A model generated the notes under the pieces. It was given only the letters and a program-made list of their open reading frames with translations, made no database searches and was not told the origin of the DNA. Source: an uncultured virus (IMG/VR IMGVR_UViG_3300037846_000120) (lineage: Duplodnaviria; Heunggongvirae; Uroviricota; Caudoviricetes). Taken from it: a stretch of DNA of 20,000 bases. The DNA is taken from the IMG/VR virus record IMGVR_UViG_3300037846_000120. One strand, 5' to 3'. The position numbers were made by a program, and so were the translations under genes. Positions 15,814-20,000 of this stretch are shown here, in pieces (within the stretch, counting starts at the first letter, position 1; every line of letters starts with the position of its first letter).

Positions 15814-17760
15814 TTAAGCCGCCGCTATACCGGGCGCTGGTACGCTTTTGGACTTCGTCACGCGTGACGTGAACAGCGGCAATCCCTTCGGGGGTTTGAG
15901 CTTGCCGCTCGATTTGATGTTGGCCCGCTTCTTTTCCTCGGGGCCCATGCGCTGCCGCGCAACTCTCGCCTCTGCCATGGCGGAGTATTTCGGATTGATC
16001 TCGATCAGGATGGAGTTGCGGCCGTTCTCTTCGGCGACAAGGGCGGTGGTGCCGGCGCCGCCAAACGGATCGAGCACAATGCCGCCCTTCGGACAGCCGG
16101 CGAGAATGCACGGCTCGATCAGCGCCGGCGGGAAGGTGGCGAAATGAGCTTCCTTGAACGGCTTGGTGGCGATCGACCACACGGTGCGCTTGTTGCGCAT
16201 CATGACGAGATCGGCCGAGCCAAGGTGCAGATCAAAGTTGGCGTTGTTCTTTGGCCGCGGGCCGTCCTGGATATAGTCGCCGCTGTGCTGCGCGGCTTTG
16301 CGCCAGCCGGCGCCGCGGCCCATCCGGGTTGCGGGCTTTAAGTGCTGCTCGAGGCGGCCGTTGTCCTTCTCGTGCGGCACCCGTTTGACGTGGAACCGCG
16401 AGTTCGGGCCTCCCGGCTTGAACTGCGCGGGCAAAACCCGCCGTTGGCCAACGGCGTCTTGCCGGCGGCCGTCGCGGTGCACCGAGCCGTGATGCCCTTC
16501 GCCTTCATCCCAACCCGCCGGCGTCGGGAGCCGGCCGGCGACCGGCGAGCCGATGGCGATGCCATGAGGCTTCCCGGATAGATCGGCGCCGTTGGAGTGC
16601 TTGTGCTCCTTCGCTCGGCCGCGCGCAGCTCGAGCGTGGCTGTCCGGCGATGACGGCTCCATGATCGCGGCATAGTCGTAGTAGTAATCGAAGCCGCTCC
16701 ACAGATTGAATTTGAACCAACGCTTCTTCCAGGTGTTGCCGGGCGGCTGTGTCGCCACCACCACCCGCGTTTTCCGATTCCGCCAGCGCCATTGCGGCTC
16801 CGGCTTCTCGAAGCGCCATTCGCCGGTCTCGTCATGGCGCCAGCACAGCGTGTTGGCCGACTTGGCGAACAGGAAAAGGAATTCGTGCGCCCTGGTCGGC
16901 CGGTCATAGACCGATTCCGGCATCGGGTTTTTCTTGTGCCACACGATGTCGCAACGCAGATACCAGCCGTCGTCTTGGAGCGCGAAGGCGACGCGCCACG
17001 GCATCCCGGCCAGGTCCTTGAATTTGAGCCCTGGCTGCGGTTGCCGGTTCGGTTGCCAACGCGGCCCGTAGCTCACGCCGTCGTTGCTGTCGCCCCGCTG
17101 TGCCCGATTGGAGCCCTTCTTGAGTTCGTGCTTCGAGCCCTTGCCGCGCTCGCCGTCGATCGCGCGGCCGCGGTAGCCCCAATCGACGGTGCGCTCTCCA
17201 TTGTTCGTCTTGCTGCTGCCGCCCGGCGACTTAAACGTGTCGAACGGCTTGTCCCGGAAGGTGTGATCCCACCCTTCCGTCTTGTAGCGATCGGCGGTCC
17301 ACCCGGCACGGTAGGTAGAGTAGCAGTCGCCCATGTTGAGCCAGAGCGTGCCGTCGTCGCGGAGCACCCGCCACACTTCCCGGAAAATCTCGACCATGTG
17401 CTCGACGTAGAGCTGATAGGTCGGCTCAAGCCCGAAGCACCCGCGCCAGGCGCCGCAGTGGATGCAGAAGCCGCGCTCGACGATCACGCCGCCGGCCGCG
17501 GCCATGCCTGCTTGCTTGTGGCCGCCGCCCTTCATCCGCTTGCCGAGCACCGCGAGGCCCGCGCCTTTGCGCAGGTCGAGCTTGGTGCGCTCGTCGGCGA
17601 ATTCGTGGACGCATTCGGGATCTCCACCCCAAATCGACGGCGGGATTTTGTAATCGCGCAAGCCCCAATACGGAGGCGAGCACACACAGCAATGGACGGA
17701 CTTCGGCGCCAGCTTGCGCAGCTCGAGCCGGCAATCTCCGGTCAGGATTTGCGTCGTCAT
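15814..17760 (-). CDS. Beta-class amino (N4-C/N6-A) DNA methyltransferase with large insertions, 648 aa
   Basis: GDCR..L, CSPPYWGLRDY, LRDDGTLWLNMGD, IVWHK.NPMPES..DRP, HFATFP..L, VLDPFGGAGTT, IEINP.Y. Start ATG 17760 with GAGG RBS, overlapping the upstream stop. Confidence 0.92.
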   Translation of the reverse strand: MTTQILTGDCRLELRKLAPKSVHCCVCSPPYWGLRDYKIPPSIWGGDPECVHEFADERTKLDLRKGAGLAVLGKRMKGGGHKQAGMAAAGGVIVERGFCIHCGAWRGCFGLEPTYQLYVEHMVEIFREVWRVLRDDGTLWLNMGDCYSTYRAGWTADRYKTEGWDHTFRDKPFDTFKSPGGSSKTNNGERTVDWGYRGRAIDGERGKGSKHELKKGSNRAQRGDSNDGVSYGPRWQPNRQPQPGLKFKDLAGMPWRVAFALQDDGWYLRCDIVWHKKNPMPESVYDRPTRAHEFLFLFAKSANTLCWRHDETGEWRFEKPEPQWRWRNRKTRVVVATQPPGNTWKKRWFKFNLWSGFDYYYDYAAIMEPSSPDSHARAARGRAKEHKHSNGADLSGKPHGIAIGSPVAGRLPTPAGWDEGEGHHGSVHRDGRRQDAVGQRRVLPAQFKPGGPNSRFHVKRVPHEKDNGRLEQHLKPATRMGRGAGWRKAAQHSGDYIQDGPRPKNNANFDLHLGSADLVMMRNKRTVWSIATKPFKEAHFATFPPALIEPCILAGCPKGGIVLDPFGGAGTTALVAEENGRNSILIEINPKYSAMAEARVARQRMGPEEKKRANIKSSGKLKPPKGLPLFTSRVTKSKSVPAPGIAAA

Positions 17761-18299
17761 GCCGCGGCCTCGACCGAATATCGGGGAGTGTCGCCGCGCA
17801 CGCGCGCCGCCATCGCCTCGGTATCGTGCGAGAAGCCCCAAATGACCTTGCGCCGGCCGCTGCGTCCGCCGCGCGGATCAGTCCCCGAGCTTGACACGCC
17901 GAGCTTGATCCAGCCGTCGAAGCGGTAGAGCCCGCCGGTGTGCTCCACAGCGTCCTGGTACGAAATGACCCAGGAATAACCGTGCGCGGCACAGATGGCC
18001 GGGAAGACAAATTCGCGCCACAGCCGGACGATGGCGCGACATAGCGCGGGGCGAGCTGCGCAGACGCGGCCAAGCTCGATGGCCTCGGATCGGTTGAAGC
18101 CGGCGACACGTTCGCGGATGAGCGCCGCGGAGGCGAGCACGCCCACCAGGTCGCCGTTGTGCCGCATCCCATGTAGCCACTCCGGAAAATTCTCGGCGCG
18201 CTCCCATGCGCCCATCTTGTGATCCCAAGCGATGAGACAGCGGTTGAGATCGGGGCGCTCGATCGCGTCGAAGCCGACCAGCGGCGGGAGGAAGCTCAA
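17757..18299 (-). CDS. Mom-like GNAT-fold putative DNA modification enzyme (~180 aa; start uncertain)
   Basis: H.MG, IELGRVC, VISYQD...HTG.LYRFDGW, K..W resemble the Mu Mom/XF1762-like pattern (EL.R, SY.D...G..Y.A..W). TTG 18299 preferred because the ORF-track start at 18398 lies inside the att core. Confidence 0.6.
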   Translation of the reverse strand: MSFLPPLVGFDAIERPDLNRCLIAWDHKMGAWERAENFPEWLHGMRHNGDLVGVLASAALIRERVAGFNRSEAIELGRVCAARPALCRAIVRLWREFVFPAICAAHGYSWVISYQDAVEHTGGLYRFDGWIKLGVSSSGTDPRGGRSGRRKVIWGFSHDTEAMAARVRGDTPRYSVEAAA

Positions 18300-18300
18300 T

Positions 18301-18385
18301 TCAGAATCGGACCCCGCCTTTGCCGGGGGTTTGGCCGGGGGACTGCCCTTGTTCTCAGAATCGGGGTGAGATAAATCAATGACTT
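18301..18385. repeat. Short repeats inside the att arm: tcagaatcgg x2 (18301-18310, 18355-18364), tttg(g)ccggggg tandem (18319-18341), AT-rich ataaatcaatgactt
   Basis: Repeats read directly from the sequence; position next to the att core fits integrase arm-type or accessory binding sites. Confidence 0.5.
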
Positions 18386-18388
18386 GGT

Positions 18389-18416
18389 GCAGGTTCAAAT
18401 CCTGCTGCCCCGACCA
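18389..18416 (+). repeat. att core: 3' fragment of tRNA-Pro (T-arm, acceptor strand, CCA)
   Basis: GCAGG-TTCAAAT-CCTGC-TGCCCCG-A-CCA: perfect T stem-loop; G72/A73 are bacterial tRNA-Pro identity elements; no D or anticodon arm upstream. Confidence 0.88.
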
Positions 18417-18445
18417 TTAGGACCTTCATTCATGGTTGCGACGAG

Positions 18446-18751
18446 ATGACCGCGCGCATCTACCAACCGGCCCGCACCGCGATGCAGTCGGGGACCGCCA
18501 AGACCAAAGAGTGGGTGCTCGACTATGAGCCGGAACAGCCGCGCATGGTCGAGCCGCTGATGGGCTGGACCTCATCGGGCGACATGAAGCAGCAAGTGCG
18601 GCTTGCATTCGAGACCAAGGAAGAGGCGATCGCCTATTGCGAGCGTCACGGCATCGCCTATCAGGTGTTTGAGACCACGCCGGGCAAGCGCGCGCGCATG
18701 TCGTATTCGGATAATTTCGCCTATGGCCGCCGCACGCCCTGGACGCATTGA
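18446..18751 (+). CDS. ETC complex I subunit (NDUFS4/18-kDa-like), host gene
   Basis: ARIYQPARTAMQSG..KTKEW, EPLMGWTSSGDM..QVRL.F.TKEEAIAY, SYSDNF. Confidence 0.95.
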   Translation: MTARIYQPARTAMQSGTAKTKEWVLDYEPEQPRMVEPLMGWTSSGDMKQQVRLAFETKEEAIAYCERHGIAYQVFETTPGKRARMSYSDNFAYGRRTPWTH

Positions 18752-18806
18752 TCCGCCGTAACCGCGGAGAAGCGTGCGCACGGCTGACTCGCGGTCTTCG
18801 TTGACG

Positions 18807-19385
18807 CTACGCTTGCTCGATGAGTCCTCGGATTAACGTGGCCAGCGGTTTCTCGCTGCCGCCAAAACTCTCGATAGTCGCGTCGAGCATGGCGTTGGGA
18901 TCAATCCGTTCCAGAGCAAAACGATGCCCGGCCTGCTCGGCAAGCGCCGTCATAAAGGCCAACTGGGTCCGGCCGTTGCCTTCGCGGAACGGATGGATGG
19001 CGTTCAGATCGGCAAGAAAGTGGGCCGCCTTTTCAGCGAAAGCCTTCGCGTCCAGGCCTGAGAGATTCTTTTGCCTGGCTAGGTCTGCGAAGAGCCGCTC
19101 CAACTCACGGTTTATATTGTCGGGGTGGCAGAAAGGGTTTCCACCCTTCGAGATCCACACGGTCCGCAGCGCCCCGGCCCAGGGGTACACGTCCTGGAAT
19201 AGGTGCCGGTGAATGGCGCGCAAGTGGCCAACATCGAATTTTCCAGCAGGTAAGGGCTCGGCGAACCGTTGCGCGGTGGCCTCCTCCTCGAAGAAATCCA
19301 GGTCCGACTGGGTGCGCAGGTTCGCACGATTTTTGAGGACGGTCGTTCCGGGATAGCAATAGGAGTCGGAGACCGCGTCGTACAT
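18807..19385 (-). CDS. fic: Fic-domain AMPylase toxin (FicT/VbhT-like)
   Basis: Canonical HPFREGNGRTQ; N-terminal YCYPGTTVLKN; IHRHLFQDVYPWAG. Confidence 0.93.
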   Translation of the reverse strand: MYDAVSDSYCYPGTTVLKNRANLRTQSDLDFFEEEATAQRFAEPLPAGKFDVGHLRAIHRHLFQDVYPWAGALRTVWISKGGNPFCHPDNINRELERLFADLARQKNLSGLDAKAFAEKAAHFLADLNAIHPFREGNGRTQLAFMTALAEQAGHRFALERIDPNAMLDATIESFGGSEKPLATLIRGLIEQA

Positions 19386-19391
19386 TATGCG

Positions 19392-19625
19392 TCACGCTTT
19401 CTTGGCGTGTTTCTCGAAAATCTCGCGGCGCCGCTCGGCCGGGCTCAATCCCCGGCGGTCAAAATCGGTGAACATTTTCTTGGTCGAAGGGCGGAGAGCT
19501 ATACCTTCGACCGCGCTGATCTTGGCGAAACCGACCAAGCCCAACGTCAGGGTCTTCGGCTTGGCGGCCTTCTTAGGTTTGGTCCTTTTCTTGGCCTTGG
19601 CGGTCTTCTTCATGGGCTTTGGCAT
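19392..19625 (-). CDS. FicA/VbhA-like antitoxin
   Basis: Small gene 6 bp upstream of fic with ISAVEG, a variant of the (S/T)xxxE(G/N) inhibitory motif. Confidence 0.78.
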   Translation of the reverse strand: MPKPMKKTAKAKKRTKPKKAAKPKTLTLGLVGFAKISAVEGIALRPSTKKMFTDFDRRGLSPAERRREIFEKHAKKA

Positions 19626-19748
19626 AGGCTCACTCTATCGGATTCCGAAAAAAATTCGAGGGTGCATGCAACTGCAGCCGGCATCGGATGGCGGATTACG
19701 CTGCGCTGATTGACCCTACGACGCGTCCCCAATAAAGCGACATTGCCC

Positions 19749-19777
19749 TTGACTTTCGTCTCCATTACGGTTACATC
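19749..19777 (+). promoter_or_regulatory. Candidate sigma70 promoter TTGACT-N17-TACATC
   Basis: Near-consensus -35 with 17-nt spacer, directly upstream of a structured non-coding segment. Confidence 0.45.
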
Positions 19778-19782
19778 CCCAA

Positions 19783-20000
19783 CATCCCGCTCGACGAAGG
19801 ACGCCTTCGCGAGGGTACTCCTTGAGGCGGAGCGGGAGCGGTTCTCGTTGGGCGCGGCCATACACCGCGCGCACGGGCGGCTTGGGCATCGTCCCGTCCG
19901 GCGCGTGCCGGACTGCGAGGTGCTCGCTGCACTGGTGCCGGAGAGGGTCCTCCCGTTTGCATCCGGTGGTTCCAGGAAGCGCGGCCTGAGCCGAGCCGAG
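19783..20000 (+). ncRNA. Candidate structured RNA or intergenic repeat element (runs to window edge)
   Basis: Stems tcccgctc/gagcggga, cgaagg/ccttcg, gcgcgg/ccgcgc, tccggc/gccgga, gcgag/ctcgc, ccgga/tccgg; no credible ORF. Confidence 0.45.

Larger units (their letters stand above)
1..18416. mobile_element. Right arm of an integrated prophage (left part outside window), bounded by a tRNA-Pro 3' fragment
   Basis: Phage-type content (DarB-like giant protein, DNA MTases, Mom-like gene, TAPKDG-motif small protein, chains of ATGA-coupled ORFs) stops at a tRNA 3'-end copy; a housekeeping gene follows directly. No integrase in the window. Confidence 0.88.

Noticed and set aside
17761..17841. ORF-track N-terminal extension of the MTase
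   Set aside because: Overlaps the Mom-like gene; ATG 17760 has an RBS and ATGA coupling.
18340..18416. Complete tRNA gene
   Set aside because: Only the T-arm and 3' acceptor strand are present; upstream sequence does not form D or anticodon arms.
1..20000. CRISPR array, integrase, transposase, reverse transcriptase, intein
   Set aside because: No regularly spaced repeats or diagnostic motifs seen.

Overview
GC-rich alphaproteobacterial (Rhizobiales-like) DNA holding the right arm of a prophage that ends at a duplicated tRNA-Pro 3' end (att core, 18389-18416), followed by ~1.6 kb of host sequence. The + strand late block (19-13064) encodes a 958-aa probable ejected virion protein with a phage inorganic-pyrophosphatase-like domain, a coupled AdoMetDC(SpeD)-like / PurD-like ATP-grasp gene pair, and a 2741-aa DarB-like polyvalent protein (adenine MTase + Strawberry-notch SF2 helicase + zincin + LPD38-like end). 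The - strand block encodes a Mom-like GNAT, a large beta-class DNA MTase, a HerA-like ATPase and small ORFs. The host side has an ETC complex I (NDUFS4-like) gene, a Fic toxin-antitoxin pair and a structured non-coding segment. The main unexplained signals are: both large virion genes carry a +1-frame nested gene with its own RBS and host-like codon bias; a decarboxylase + amide-ligase cassette sits among virion genes; a perfect 14-bp chromosomal parS core lies in a phage gene; an FS[IV]R motif recurs at module borders; and an antisense Tat-signal mini-gene shares a CATG with the giant gene start. Family calls come from motif recognition only; no searches were run.
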